Origin: the human T2T-CHM13v2.0 reference genome, Homo sapiens
Strand: one strand, 5' to 3'
Length of the DNA: 64,000 nt
Assembly (NCBI RefSeq): GCF_009914755.1
Contig: NC_060939.1
The notes under the pieces were generated by a model. That model saw only the letters and a list, made by a program, of their open reading frames with translations, was not told the DNA's origin and searched no databases. The position numbers were made by a program, and so were the translations under genes. Shown one piece after another: positions 29,673-43,774 of this stretch (position 1 is the first letter of the stretch; every line of letters begins with the position of its first letter).

Positions 29673-30635
29673 GACCTTAGATCTTCAGCAGTGATTTTAG
29701 CATATTCGTAGTGAGACTCAGTAGCACTGAGACATAATCCACAGGGATTTTACTATTATAAGCATTGTTTTGAGGCTTTTAAAGTGATAGCTAACATCAT
29801 GCGATAGATATATTAACCACTTCCCTCCCCTGGTGTTTATTTTAAAGGGATTGTTACCACAATTAAATTGATTTATGGATTCATTTGTTTATGAATTTTT
29901 TAAAAATTATTTGTTCTGGCAGTTGTTAATGCTTGAACTTACTTATGGGGGTTATCTCTATGTGACTTGGGATACACGTTTGTCTCTATCCTCAGAGGAA
30001 TTAGCTGTGGCAGTAGGGCCTTCAGCACATCCCAAAGACAGTTGGTTGGAAACATAAATATACTTGGGCATGTATTCCCAGAGATTGTGCTTGTGTCTAA
30101 ATTGGAGTAAAAATTACAGGCAGCCTTAGGAAAATACATTTGGAGACATTCCGTCTTCCCCAAAAAGATGTTAATTATTTAATAACTCCTTATCTTACAC
30201 CTTGGTATTAGCAGGAGCTTCTCGGTGTTGTGTGTGTTCTTACTTTTTAAAGACACAGCTATATGTCACTTGCTGTTCTACCTGTGGAATTTTTTTGCAT
30301 GAGGAAGCTGCTTTGGCCAGGTATACATCACTTTTTCTACACAAGTCCTCTGTGTTTGATACAGAAATGCTAGGTAAATGTGCTAGTGCTAGAAATGCCA
30401 GAAATAATTTCCAGGTTCCAGCAAGATTGCTTTGGGGTCATTCCCACCTTTAACACTGAACCCCCCAAATCTGAGATAGGTCTCAGTCAATTTAGGAAGT
30501 TTATTTTGCCAAAGTTAAGGGTACACACCGTTGACATAGCCTTAGGAGATCCTGATGACATGGGCCCTGGGTGGTTGGAGCACAGCTTGGTTTTATACAT
30601 TTTACAGAAACATAAGACTTCAAAATATGTAAGAT

Positions 30636-30934
30636 GGTCAGGCGTGGTGGCTCACGCCTGTAATCCCAGCACTGTGGGAGGCCGAGGCAGGCAGATCACC
30701 TGAGGTCAGGAGTTTGAGACCAGCCTGGCCAACATGGCGAAACCCTGTCTCTACTAAAAATACAAAAATTAGCTGGGCATGGTGGCACATGCCTATAATC
30801 CCAGCTACTTGGGAGGCTGAGGCAGGAGAATCATGTTGCTTGAACCTGGGAGGTGGAGTTTGTGATGAGCCGAAATTGTGCCACTGCACTCCAGTCTGAG
30901 TGACAGAGCAAGACTCTGTCTCAAAAAAAAAAAA

Positions 30935-30935
<1 letters not shown>
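30636..30935 (+). mobile_element. AluSx nested in the MER4A LTR
   Basis: Full dimer; TSD tat(g/a)taagat. Confidence 0.95.

Positions 30936-30997
<62 letters not shown>
30936..30997. repeat. (TA)7(CA)24 microsatellite in Alu tail
   Basis: Direct count. Confidence 0.95.
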
Positions 30998-30998
<1 letters not shown>

Positions 30999-31770
30999 TT
31001 ATATAAGATGTACATTGGTACCTTCTGGAAAGGTGGGACAACTGGAAGTGGGTGGGGGCTTCCAGGTCAGAGGTAGATAAGAGACAAATGGTTGCATTAT
31101 TTTGCATTTCTTATTAGCCCTTCCAAAGTGGGCAATCAGATATGCTCTTATCTCAGTGAGCACAGGGATGAGTTTGAGTTGTTTGTCCTTTGTCCACAAG
31201 GAAACTCCTTGTGAGGGAGGTAAGTAGATAGCTTTTTTTTCTTAGTAGCTATCTTTTTTTAGGAATAGAATGGGAGGCAGTTTTGCCCTAAGCAGCTCCC
31301 AGCTTGACTTTTCCCTTTGACTTAGTGATTGGGGGGTTCCAAAATTCATTTTCCTTTCACAACTCTTACAGTGTGGTAGTGCTTGAAGTTTCATAACAGT
31401 CAGAGCAGAATCTCACTGCTTGCTTCCTGCTGGAGAGAGGAATCTCTGTCCTTCAGTGGATGATGTTTTCTGTGGTCTTGTTCAGGAATTTACAAACTAG
31501 AGGAAGCCTTATCTCACCAAGGGAAAAAAAGACAAATAATTGGCCTCTGAGAATTGCGGCAGGGAGCAGGGAGTATTAGTGGGGGCGTCTTTTTCTCTCA
31601 ATTTCTGGTATATACATATGTATTTTAATAATTACTAAATGTCTAACAGAATAAATTTATGAGTAAGCTAAGTTATTCAGATGTATTTTGATAACTTATT
31701 TATTATATAAATAATATATGCTATTATAGATAAATTAGAAGATTTAGTCCAGTAAAAGAAAATAAAAACT

Positions 31771-32178
31771 GGCCGGACGCGGTGGCTCACGCCTGTAATC
31801 CCAGCACTTTGGGAGGCTGAGGCGGGTGGATCATGAGGTCAGGAGATCAAGACCATCCTGGCTAATATGGTGATACTAGCCGGGTGCGGTGGCTGATGCC
31901 TATAATCCCAGCACTTTGGGACGCCAAGGCGGGTGGATCACGAGGTCAGGAGATCGAGACCATCCTGGCTAACACGGTGAAACCCCGTCTCTAATAAAAA
32001 TACAAAAAAATTAGCTGGGCGTGGTTGGGAGTGCCTGTAATCTCAGCTACTCCAAGGCTGAGGTGAGAATTGCCTGAATCCGGGAGGCAGAAGTTGCAGT
32101 GAGCCGAGATGGCGCCCCTGGGCGACAGAGCGAGACTCTGTCTCAAAAAAAAAAAAAAAAAGAAAAAAAGAAAAAAAA
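31771..32178 (+). mobile_element. AluY-like with duplicated left arm (L-L-R)
   Basis: Left arms at 31771-31878 and from 31879; one TSD-like aaaagaaaa(t)aaaaact flanks the whole unit. Confidence 0.92.
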
Positions 32179-32849
32179 CTATTCCAATAATCCCAATGTC
32201 TAGAGATAGTCTGTTTTTAAAATAATGAATTTTGCCCTATGTCAGTTTCCTTTTGTGATTTTTTTTCAACGCATTTCCCCCCATAGATTCAGAATGTCCC
32301 AAACTGTGAAATTTATAAATTAAAATGTATAAGTAAGTTTTTATTTCCCATTCATTTATTCCAAATAATTGCCTTTTGTTATGGTAGAATTTGAGTAATC
32401 AAAGAATTCTACCATAACAGATTCCACAGAATTCCATAGCAGAAAAATCTTGGTAAATCCTTGTGTCTCTAATAGTCCTTGAAAGAGGATTTTCAATGCT
32501 GCTTTGGAAAAGTGGGGTAGCCCAGGACGTTCTGGCTACTCTTCCTGCTGTCACTGACATTTGAGGACTCGGAGAGTTGTTGTGGCCTTCCTGTTAGGGG
32601 TGGAAATATTGGAGGGATTGAAAATCTGGAACTCACTAATTGCATTTGTGTTCCCTCTGGCCTTCTTTGGGGGTGCTTGGTCGGATGTTCATGGTTCAGG
32701 GAGGGACAGATGAAGGGCGTAAATCATGATCTGGGAAGTCTGGTCCCTGAACAGCTGTCTGCCAGCTGCTTCACTGGAAACTGGGCAAGTACGAGTGAGC
32801 TTTCCTCTGATGGTCTGAAATTGCCAGAAACAGCAGAGCCATGCTCCAG

Positions 32850-33070
32850 GTGCTTGTTGCGGGAACTGAGTTCAAATCTTGCCTCTCCCACCTAATGGCA
32901 CTGACTACAGGCCAGCTATGTTGAAGCTTCTGGGCCTCAGTTTCCTCACGTGTCAAACACTGGTGACATACCCACCCCTGTAGGTTTGTTGTGCGGTGGG
33001 TGTTAACAACATACATGCCTGGCTCATAATCACTCATAAGGCCCTGTCCTCCCCTTGCTGTTGTATCATT
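32850..33070 (+). mobile_element. MIR
   Basis: ctgagttcaaatcttgcctct...tgggcctcagtttcctca. Confidence 0.75.
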
Positions 33071-33125
33071 ACAATTGAGTATAGGATGGGTTTGAGCAGG
33101 TTATTGTCAGGAGTGTCTATTCTAA

Positions 33126-33527
<402 letters not shown>

Positions 33528-36104
33528 TAAGTAAATAACAATCTCCTTGTCTCAGGGGAGGACACTGCTGATGAAGAGTTTTTTTTAGATCTGTCAAAAT
33601 TATGGATACCACCCCCCTTTGTCTGGGTGATCCTAGGATTCTTTTATTTTCAAGAAGACAACTGGGAGGAAGCCATGCAGGAGACTGGCTGTGGTAGTTT
33701 TCATGTGAATTTTTATCTTCAGTGCTTTTCATGTCTTCAATTATCCAAGTACCCCAAGCCTGTGGTTTGCCTCAGTTTGGGTGGGCATAGCCAAGGGGGT
33801 TCCAGGGCCGTCCAGCCTTCACTCAAGGATGACTTTCCCTAGGCTGAGGGCAGTGGACCCTTGACAAAATTTAATTACCGTCTCTGCTTATGGCTGGACC
33901 TCAGCTGGCAGGGTCTCGGGGGCTTTAAACAAAAGCAGGAGCCTCTCCAGAAGTAGATTAGGGAGATTTGCATTCAGGCCAGGGATTTGTACATGGTGTT
34001 AATTCTCCTCCAGGCAGATATCTGCTTGGGAAAGGGCTGTGTGACCCTATTTAGAAAAATGGCTACACTTTGTTAACCTTTTTTCCCTTAAGAAGGAAAA
34101 ATCATTAATGGCAGAAGTTCAGGCCCCAGAGGGGATTTTCTGGGTGATTCTTTGTTTCAAGAGTCATGTTTCCCCAGATGTGATTAAATTGTCCGTAACT
34201 TTTAACTCTTCCCTCCCCCGTGCTTTAGTTGAAAAATAAAATCTCTGTTCATATTTCTTGCATATCATAGGCTTATGTCTCTTTCCAGCTCTATAAGTCA
34301 AGGCTAAAGATTTTTTTTTTAAGAAAGAGGAAAAAAAAGACATTTATTTGAGAAGACATTTTTGTGTGTGCCCTGCTCCCACCATGCATTCATTCGGTGC
34401 TGGAAAGTGGTTAGGGGATTCTAAGCAGCCCCCTTGCTATAGCTGGACTGTGACGCTGTCCCTTACTGTCAGTCTGCTTGGCTCCTCCAGACCTGATGCA
34501 GATGCTGCCCGCTCCCCACACAGCCCTCCTTTTTCTCTGTTCCCGGAACACTGTTTGCTTCTGTTACTGAGAAGGCAATACTGGGTAAAGGAGAATGATG
34601 CACGATGTGGAGCTGGAAGACCCAGGCCCAAAGGCAGCTTTTACCACCTCCTAGCTGTGCTACCCTGGGCCCCTGAGCCTAGAGTTCCTTCACTGCACTT
34701 GCAATTGCACTGTGCAATGCCTTCTCAGTCTCCTGGCTAGAAAATGGAACTCCTGGAGGACAGGATGTTTTTCATCCTATTATTTCCAGTCATTTATCTA
34801 GTCATTCATTTCTTTATATAATGACCCTCCTAGGACCTAAGAATAGAGAGATGAACGCGATACATGTGGTAGGAATTGTAAGTTGCTGCTTCTTTTTGTT
34901 TTTGTTTTGAGTGATCCACTGATGGTTGAGAAAGCCTAGGATCTTTCTCCCCAGAGAGAATGCCACTAGAGAGGGGGCAGAACATGACCCTGCCTGTTGA
35001 CCCCAACTGTGACACTTCTGAAACCAATCTTAGGAAAGCCTCTCATGGGAATGGCATTTCCAAGATTAGGGGTAAAGTGGGACCTCCCTGTTGAAAAGTT
35101 GTCCTGCCCTCTGTCAGCTAGACATGCCATAAGCAAGGGAAAGAATGACTTTTAATGACAGGGGTAGAAATTGGGAGCAAGAGGCTGAACACATGGAACA
35201 GAATTTTTTGAAGTGCCTTGTTAAATGGAAAGTAGATGTAGGAAAATTTGAAATGCTGGTATTTCAGATGGGCCCAGGCCTATCACCTATTATTCCACCT
35301 GGAGAGGGTAGACTTATATTACTCCTCCTTTTTCCAGAAGCAGTTTGTGTGTAAAAGCCCTAAAGGGCCACATTCCACTTGATCCCTTTTATTAACGAAA
35401 TTGTACTTTGCAGCAAGGTGGGGTGTGGCCACAGAGCTCTTTAAAGATGGGAGCCTGGAGGCGGGAGGTTGGCTAATTGCATGTTGCCTTTTGGCTTCTT
35501 TCCAGTCTTTAATCATGGATGACCTCTTATCTGTAAGTTCTAGGCCAAAAAAAAAAAAACAAAAACCAAAAACAAAAAAACCTTCTGTTTATCTTCTTTG
35601 TGTGCTTTTTATGAAGCTAAACAGATGATGATCATGATCTAAGCACTAGCTTTGGAAGGCAATTGTAGTGGATGGAAAGGGTCAGGGTGGATTCTACGCC
35701 AGATGTCAGCCTGCAGAGGCTGTGATTCCAGGCTTCACTTGGTTGAAGTGACCAGTCTGGCCAGCTTTGCTAGGCCTCCTCTTTCTGACTCACTGTTCCC
35801 ATGGATCTCTGGAAGCTGCTGGTTCTTACGTGTCTACGAAGAGAAGCAGCTTATTTCCTGGGGTGAGGCATGCCCAGAGAAGATTTACTTCTCAAAAGGC
35901 CTACTTGAATGTAGTTCACAAGCCTGGCTGTGCCTCAGCATCACCCGTACAGCTTAAAAAGAAATTACACGGAACCACATCTCCTAGAGTTTCCCTTTCA
36001 GATAAGGATTGGAATGTGTATTGTAAAAGAGCTCCACCCGTGACTAGGATGGGTGTCAGGACTCAAGACTGTCTACCTTCCTCACCCACACTTTGCAGAG
36101 AGTG

Positions 36105-36200
36105 GGCTGTGGCCCAGCAGCTTCCCGTCTTGGAGCTTATCAGGAATGCAGATGCCCAGATTCTACCAGGCTTCTTGCATCAGAACCCACTGTTTAAAGG
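36105..36200. mobile_element. MER5-like fragment
   Basis: ggagcttatcaggaatgcagat...atcagaacccactgtttaa. Confidence 0.5.
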
Positions 36201-36639
36201 ATGGAGAAGCCCTGCTCCAATATGGCATGTGGTATGATCAGTGCCTGATTGTTCCCGGAAATGGAACATTGACCTTATGCATTGATGGCTGTGGTTTACC
36301 AATACCTATGCTCCTAAGAACTGGGCCAACATCTGCATAGATCCAATTTTTAAAAATTATAATGTGAATCGTCTCTGTTATGGATCGCGACCAACTTCTA
36401 AGTTGCTTTGCCTTCTATTGTCCATTATACACACATCAATGGCATTCATTTAAATATACTTAATTTGTAAAATGAGCTGTGTTCTGTAGGCAGATAGGAG
36501 TATTTGTGTTCTGCCTTTATTGCATGTACACAGGCAGAGCACAGGCCTCTGCTCCTGGTGATGGTAAGTAGTCTCCAGTCGTGCCTCCCTCCCCTCAGAT
36601 GGAGGTAATTTCTTCCTCCTCTGGATTATACCTGTCCCT

Positions 36640-36815
36640 TACATGTGTGACTGTGATTGCACTTGCCCTGTGTGTTGGAATTTTTTGTTGACATTTCTGA
36701 CACCCGTGGGAATGAGGCCCTTTTTATTCATAGCTGCATCCCCTGTGTCTAAGAGGGCATACTTAATACATAGCAGAGATTCAATAAATGTTCGCTGAGG
36801 GAGTGGATGAATGAG
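36640..36815 (+). mobile_element. L2 3' end
   Basis: catagcagagattcaataaatgttcgctga...gatgaatga. Confidence 0.7.
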
Positions 36816-37566
36816 TGGGGCTGATGATTGAGAACTCCCAGTATATCCTACATATGGACTTGTGTTTTCTCCATTCCTTCCTCCCCAAAATATCTGGGGC
36901 AGCATGTGAGAGTCTCTTCATTTTCTATTGGAAATTGGAGTACTTGAATCCAGAAGTTTAAATCTATGAAGGTGAAATGCGGTTAGGCTAAGTGGATGGA
37001 CCCTTAGTTAGATCCTCTCTGGGTGATTTGTTTCCCCAGTGGTACTTTCCTCTGCTCCTTCTGGAACTCCAGCAGTTGCTCCTTGCCCTCCAATGGCTGC
37101 AGGATGCCTGCTTCCTCTGTGTGGGAAGAATCCTATTTCCTAATCCAGCAGGCATTTTTGTTGGTAATTCTGAAAATCGTTTCTCAGGGCTCTTTCCTAA
37201 AGTTGTGGCCACCCAGCAGTGAGTTAGCCACAAATGGCTCAGTGATAGCAAAGGCCTAGTTGCAATATGATTTTTTCTCCCTGAGGATGGTTTTATGCTG
37301 AGAGATTCTACATTTGGTTTTAGTAGAACTTTAAGCAATTCATATTTGAGAAGATACATTTATAGCTCTAAATTTTTTTAAGAAGAATGATTTCCAGTGC
37401 TTGTCTGGTTCCTTTTTTCCATGGTGGGGTTTTGGCTGCTTTTATGTTATATAGCATTCTGGCTTCCCCGTGCTGCTGACCAAGCGTGGACAGTTTTTGG
37501 TTTGCTGTTTTAAAGCCAAGGAAAGGCCCATGCTTCCTGTCTTGAGAAATTTAAAGTATGGAATTT

Positions 37567-37781
37567 GGCCAGGTGTGGTGGCTCACACCTGTAATCTCAG
37601 CACTTTGGGAGGCCAGGGTGGGCAGATCGCTTGAGCTCAGGAGTTCGAGAGCAGCCTGGGTAACATGTTGAAACTTTTGGTACGAAAAGTACAAAAATTA
37701 GCCGTGATCATGCCACTGCACTCCAGCCTGGGTGACAGCGTGAGACCCTGCCTCAAAAAAAAAAAAAAAAAAAAAGAAAAA
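37567..37781 (+). mobile_element. AluJ lacking most of the right arm
   Basis: Junction aattagccg|tgatcatgcc; TSD aaagt(a/c)tggaattt at 37553-37566 and 37782-37795. Confidence 0.93.
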
Positions 37782-38780
37782 AAAGTCTGGAATTTTATAC
37801 CTGTTAAAAATATAAATAAGAATTAGATTTTTAAATTCTGAAGTAAATAACCTGGTTCTTCTTACTTAACCTGAATTTGCTAAGTATCTCTTCATGATTC
37901 TGAATGGTTAGATCCTGCCAAGGCTGACCCTAAACATTTGTATAGTTTTAGTATTCGATCCTTGAGTAGTCACTGGTCAGTTCCCCAAGGGTTGACTTGC
38001 CTGTTGTTGTTTTACTGGCTACTTGGAATCTGCCTGGAAGGCCTCCTGAGGAGTTTGTTGGAATTATGCATATACAGTAATCAGAGTTCTGAGTGTAGGC
38101 AAAAGTATCTGGATTTCCTAGAAAGTGAGGGGCTGCTGGACAGTCTCTTCATTTGCCAAGGGATATTTTAAAATAACATGCTTCTGTATCGGTGGCTGTG
38201 TTCTAGAGAGCTGGGGTCACCGTAAGTCTGATGATATCCCAGTGTCTGTCACAGGAAAGTGAGGTACATCCACGTATCTACTGACCCCCAGTATCTGGTG
38301 GGATATCTTTCCCACAAAATTTGCTTCTTAGGAGGGTTTTTTTTTTCCTTATAGTTCTTTTCATATATAAATACTAATCAGTCACCAATTCATTACATTT
38401 TAGGAACAGGAGAGTCTGTGAATGACATGAAAAATTATTAAAAGGAATTTGGCGAAACTATTAAAGGAATTTACCCACTCTAAAGAGAGCTGTACAGGGG
38501 TTATTGTTCTTGTTAAACAGAGTAGAGGTCAGTTAGTGGAATGTGGAGAGTTTAAAGTCATTGCTGACTTAATGACTAGTGAAAGACCAAGAAGATATGG
38601 TCTTTGCCACTGTACTTCTTAATGACAGAATCAAAGACTTACTGTGTGGACTTTATGGAAGTCTCTAGGAGTAAACTTGATGACAGAATTTTTTTTTTCT
38701 AGGCCATGTTTATATTTTCAATCTGTTCTTTCTGCTACCTGGGACATTATTTTTATTTATTACAAAACATTGACTAGAGG

Positions 38781-39060
<280 letters not shown>

Positions 39061-39205
39061 AGAGAAATGGCCTGGATATGGCTTGAAACCAAGCCTCTTT
39101 TAAGCAAACGTATTTTAAAACTGAGGGGAAAGGAGACAGGGCCAACATGCCAACTGATGAATGTAGTTTGCCCCACTTTACCAGTCCTTAAATTAGCAAG
39201 GTTTC

Positions 39206-39503
39206 TCTTCTTTGTTTTTGAGACGGAGTTTTGCTCTTGTTGCCCAGGCTGGAGTGCGATGGCATGATCTTGGCTCACCGCAACCTCCACCTCCTGGGTT
39301 CAAGCAATTCTCCTGCCTCAGCCTCCCGAGAGTAGCTGAGATTACAGGCATGTTCCACCATGCCCGGTTAATTTTGTATTTTTAGTAGAGACGGAGTTTC
39401 TCCATGTAGGTCAGGCTAGTCTCGAACTCCCGACCTCAGGTGATCTGCCCGCCTGGACTTCCCAAAGTGGTGGGATTACAGGCATAAGCCACCGCTCCTG
39501 GCT
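39206..39503 (-). mobile_element. AluSp
   Basis: gctcttgttgcccagg, gtttctccatg, cccgacctcagg; TSD gcaa(g/a)gtttc. Confidence 0.94.
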
Positions 39504-39656
39504 GCAAAGTTTCAAAGTTTCTTTAAAAACAAGCAAAGAAACAAACAAACAAACAAAAAAAAACAGTCAAAATTACAATTCAGGTGAGGGAGGAGGAGTG
39601 AAGGTCCAAAACAGATGGTGGGCGTTGGTGGTTTTCTCTTGTTTAAAATGAATGTA

Positions 39657-39996
<340 letters not shown>

Positions 39997-42900
39997 CTAC
40001 AGAACTTTGATTGCTAGGGAACAAATATTCATTGTCTCCAGTGTGCTCAGTACATAGGCATTGTGACTGGCCTCCATACTGCAAAACAAGAAGACACCTT
40101 TGCAGTGGATTAGAATGTTTAAACTAAGTTCCAGATGGGTCAGGCAGAGTCTAACTGGCCTTTGGACCCTTGGTGTCTAGACAAAGCCAGGCTTATAGTA
40201 GGCAAATGTAAATGGAGGCAAGGGAAGAAAGATTTCATTAAGCAGAATTATCTGAGAAATGGCTGAGAAAAGACCCGAATATCTGCTATGGCAATCTCAA
40301 GTGACATCAATGCCCACTTGGAGTTGGGCACAATGTGAAATTCCTTCTTGAGGGAGCGCTGTTGGGAAAGGAATTTTTGCCTCAATTGGGCAACTTTTTC
40401 CTGCTATTTAATATGCATACTCTTCTTGAGCAGTTAAAGACGCAGAAGAAAGATAGTATTGTTTCAAGACAATTCTCCCAGGCTGCTCTTGGCCATCTTT
40501 TCTGAGTGTGCAGGCCCCACCACAGTCCCTGCAGCAACACAGTTTTGTTTGCTTAAAATTTGGTAACCTAAGGGGGCTTGAAGTCCCGCCAGGGCACTTC
40601 TGGTCCTCACAAATAGTGCCACTGAAAAACGCATCTTGTGCAAGTTTCAGAGCTTAGAAATATTCTGCTTAAATGTGCAATGCGCCATGGGGCATGTTAT
40701 AGACCATCTCATTGAGCAAAAGATAAATGACCTTTCTCAGAAGGCTGAAGGAGCTTGGGACAGGTAAGCCTCCCTCTGTTCATTGTTTAAAAAAAGGAGG
40801 AACTTTTATCTCTACTTCTTGCTTCTACTTGGCCAAAAGAAGTGGATTGGGTCATCTTTTGGCATCAGGGCTATGCAAGTCCCTTTTGTTCCTATTTCTC
40901 CTGAGCAGGCCACATGTGTCTCTCTTTGCCTGAATTTCTCAAGCCTCCAGCTGAGGCCAAGGGCAGGGCTGGGGTGGACACTCATGACTGGCCATTGAGA
41001 ACCCCCATCAATTTCATCCTTGATAGACTTGTACCAAAAGAGCGACCCTCCCACAAGGTTGCTGGATACACTTAGTTGTTTGGTTGGCTCTCAGAAAATG
41101 AAGCTTGCACTCACACTGCCCCGGGAAAACGTTAATTCCTGGTTAGGGCTTTTCATGATTCTGTCACACTTTGAATAGTAAGACCACTTGCTGTGGTGCA
41201 GAATATCTGGATTTCAGAAGTGGCTGACAAATATTTTTTGGAAAGGAATAGTCACAATTAGAGGGACCCATCCACACTGATGTGACAGAACCTTTGGATG
41301 TTGTTTTTTGTTTAATTGGACATAGTTATATCAACAGGATTTGAAGGTGGCAGATGATTGCATGCTCTGACTAATGAAGGCTCACTGGGCTTTTCATGTT
41401 TTTTATTTAATTTTAAGTATCTATTTTGAATAATCATGTAAGCCTTATGCCTGATTTTTGAGATGATTATTTCCAAGGTAGGGAACTTAGTGAATGGGCA
41501 TCATTTCCATGGAGGGTCAAATACCAAGATACTAGCTGAAAGCCAATTAAGATATAGTTTGGGCACCTTGGTATCAGTGGGTTGGATACCACTGCATGTG
41601 ATATGGCTTTGTGACCTTCCTCGCTCTCTTTGTCCTAAGCCTATGATGGGCCTTATAGGAGAACTAGTCACAGGTGGCTCTACCTTTAAGAATATGCCTG
41701 TGTAATGCATGGATGATTGGAAGGCATTGCCACAAGTTTCTTCAGCTGAAGGAAGCTTTACGGAGTTGTGGGGCTTATTCTCCTTGACATGCTGCTGCTC
41801 CTTTTGTGTTTTCATTTTAAAACAAAATATGTATTGTTTTTCTAGGGAAAGGCACAGTAGCTTGAATTTACTATATTTGACAGCTTTTCTCAAATGCTTT
41901 CAAAACATGGAGTTGCTAGAAAACAAAGGTTTGAACTGCTGACTTCTTCTTGTGAGAATATTAGTTTAGTTTTGGAGTTTTAAAATTTCTAAGGAGGAAG
42001 AATGTCTTTGTGACATATAGGACAAGCACTGGGAGGGGAGTCAGCCAGGGTGTCAAGCCTGTGCAGCTGCCTGGTGCCTGACCTGGGACAGATTGCTCTA
42101 GGCTGCAGGCATGGGGTTTATTGCCGAGGCACTGGGCCTGGTGATACGAGGGGTCTAAGTGGTGAGTTTCAGACAGAAATCATCTGTACTCTTGATTCCA
42201 AAGCTGGTAATCATGACTGTATTGATCCATAAAGACTCATGATGTATCATCTGTGCTTGGCTTCTGGCCTGGCTAGGGGAGAGGAGACGGGGCGTCATCT
42301 GGTTCTGCATCTGGATTTGGAGATGGAATTTGAAAACACACAGGCAGGTTATGAGAACTGCCACTTGTAAGAATGCAAGTGAGTGTGAGATAGAAAGGCC
42401 CGGTGATAGATGGTCTTGGGCTTCTCTGTTTTCCTATCACCTGTGTCTCCCTTCCTTGCTCTTGTACTGTTTGGTAACAACTTTGAGGTGAGTCCTTTCC
42501 TTTTGGCTGTTAAAGAGCCCAGAGGTGGGTTGGAGGAAAACAGCTTTGTGAAGCCTGCAAGAGTTGACTTCACAGTTCCGTTTGCTGCGTTTTCAAATAC
42601 TGCTTTATTAGCCACCCCCTCTTCCAAGGCCAGGTGATTTGTGCCTTATGGCCTGGCCACTCTGAGTCATAGTGCCTATGTTTGTGTGGCCAGATTGCAG
42701 ACTCTGCTACAACAGCGTCAACAAGTTCCCTTTATAGCCATTAAAATATATGTACATCTATTATTCTTTATTATAAAAGTAATATGTGTTCATGGTAGAT
42801 AATCTGTAAATATAGAAAAATAAAAAAATAATAAAAGTCACTTACTCAGTGAAACCAATGCACCTACCCTCCTAGGAAGTGGCCATCAGTCCTGTGTCAC

Positions 42901-43774
42901 CAGCACTAAGATCTGAACTAACCACGTGCAGATACCTGGGATCAGTAGGATTTCTTCACATCTTTGTGTGTGCTGTGTAATTATTCTACCCTGAGCTCGA
43001 ATCCTCCACTTCAACTTTTAGCACTGATTTCTCCGCTTAACCCATGTGTGCTTTATACACAGAGAGACTTCTTAAGTGATTAGTGGTTCAGTCACTGCCA
43101 CAGTCTATTAAAGCTTCTTAGGGAAGTGATTTTCTTTCTGTGGTGTGAAAAGGAAATAACAATGTCTGTCTTGCTCTTTAACCTGTCTCTTCTTGGAAAT
43201 TCCCAGGCATCTTGGAAGCCATGTGTCTGCCCTTGGCTGTGCTCTGTGGACCTCCTGCAGTATGCTTGCCCCATTTCCTCTCTTGGCTCTTTGCCAGCTT
43301 GTGGCCTTTCTAGAAGGATATTGTCCTGTTGTGAATTTTCATCATCTTTATTGGTTTCTTCTCATTCCTCTCCGTTCTGTGAGCTTGTCAGAGAACCTGG
43401 AAGCCTCACTTAGCTTCTGGGAGCAGGTCCTGGAGCTGGGCTCACACCCCTTCCCCAGTTGTTTTTCTCTCTCCTGCCAGCCTCCCTTTGATTCTTAGTT
43501 TTCAGTGAACTGTACAGTATCAAAGACCCTGGAATCTCACGTAGAAAAAAGAGTACCGGGATTTGGGCGCCACATCTGCCTGTTTTTTCATCTGTGCTTT
43601 TTTGAGCCTTTTAAAAAAATCAGTGGCATCAGTTGCATGTAAGGTTCATGAAAGAACTGTGTAAAATTGTAAATTATTTTGCAGAGATTTGCTGTTTTCC
43701 AGCAACTCCTCCCTTCTTGACACACAGGTAGTAGCTCTAGATTTTGTTGTTGTTCTTGTTGAACTCTGATAGGT

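Larger units (their letters stand above)
30455..31361 (-). mobile_element. MER4A-like ERV1 solo LTR interrupted by an Alu
   Basis: Reverse complement begins tgtgaaaggaaaatgaatttt...gggaaaagtcaagctgggagctgcttagggcaaaactgcctcccattctatt. Confidence 0.9.

Noticed and set aside
35652-36340. 156-aa ORF and neighbours
   Set aside because: Non-ATG starts, runs into a MER5 fragment, no domain
38226-38307. TGATGA...CTGA with a 9-bp inverted repeat gatatccca/tgggatatc as a possible C/D snoRNA
   Set aside because: Box C lacks the leading purine, spacing is short, and the inverted repeat does not flank the boxes correctly
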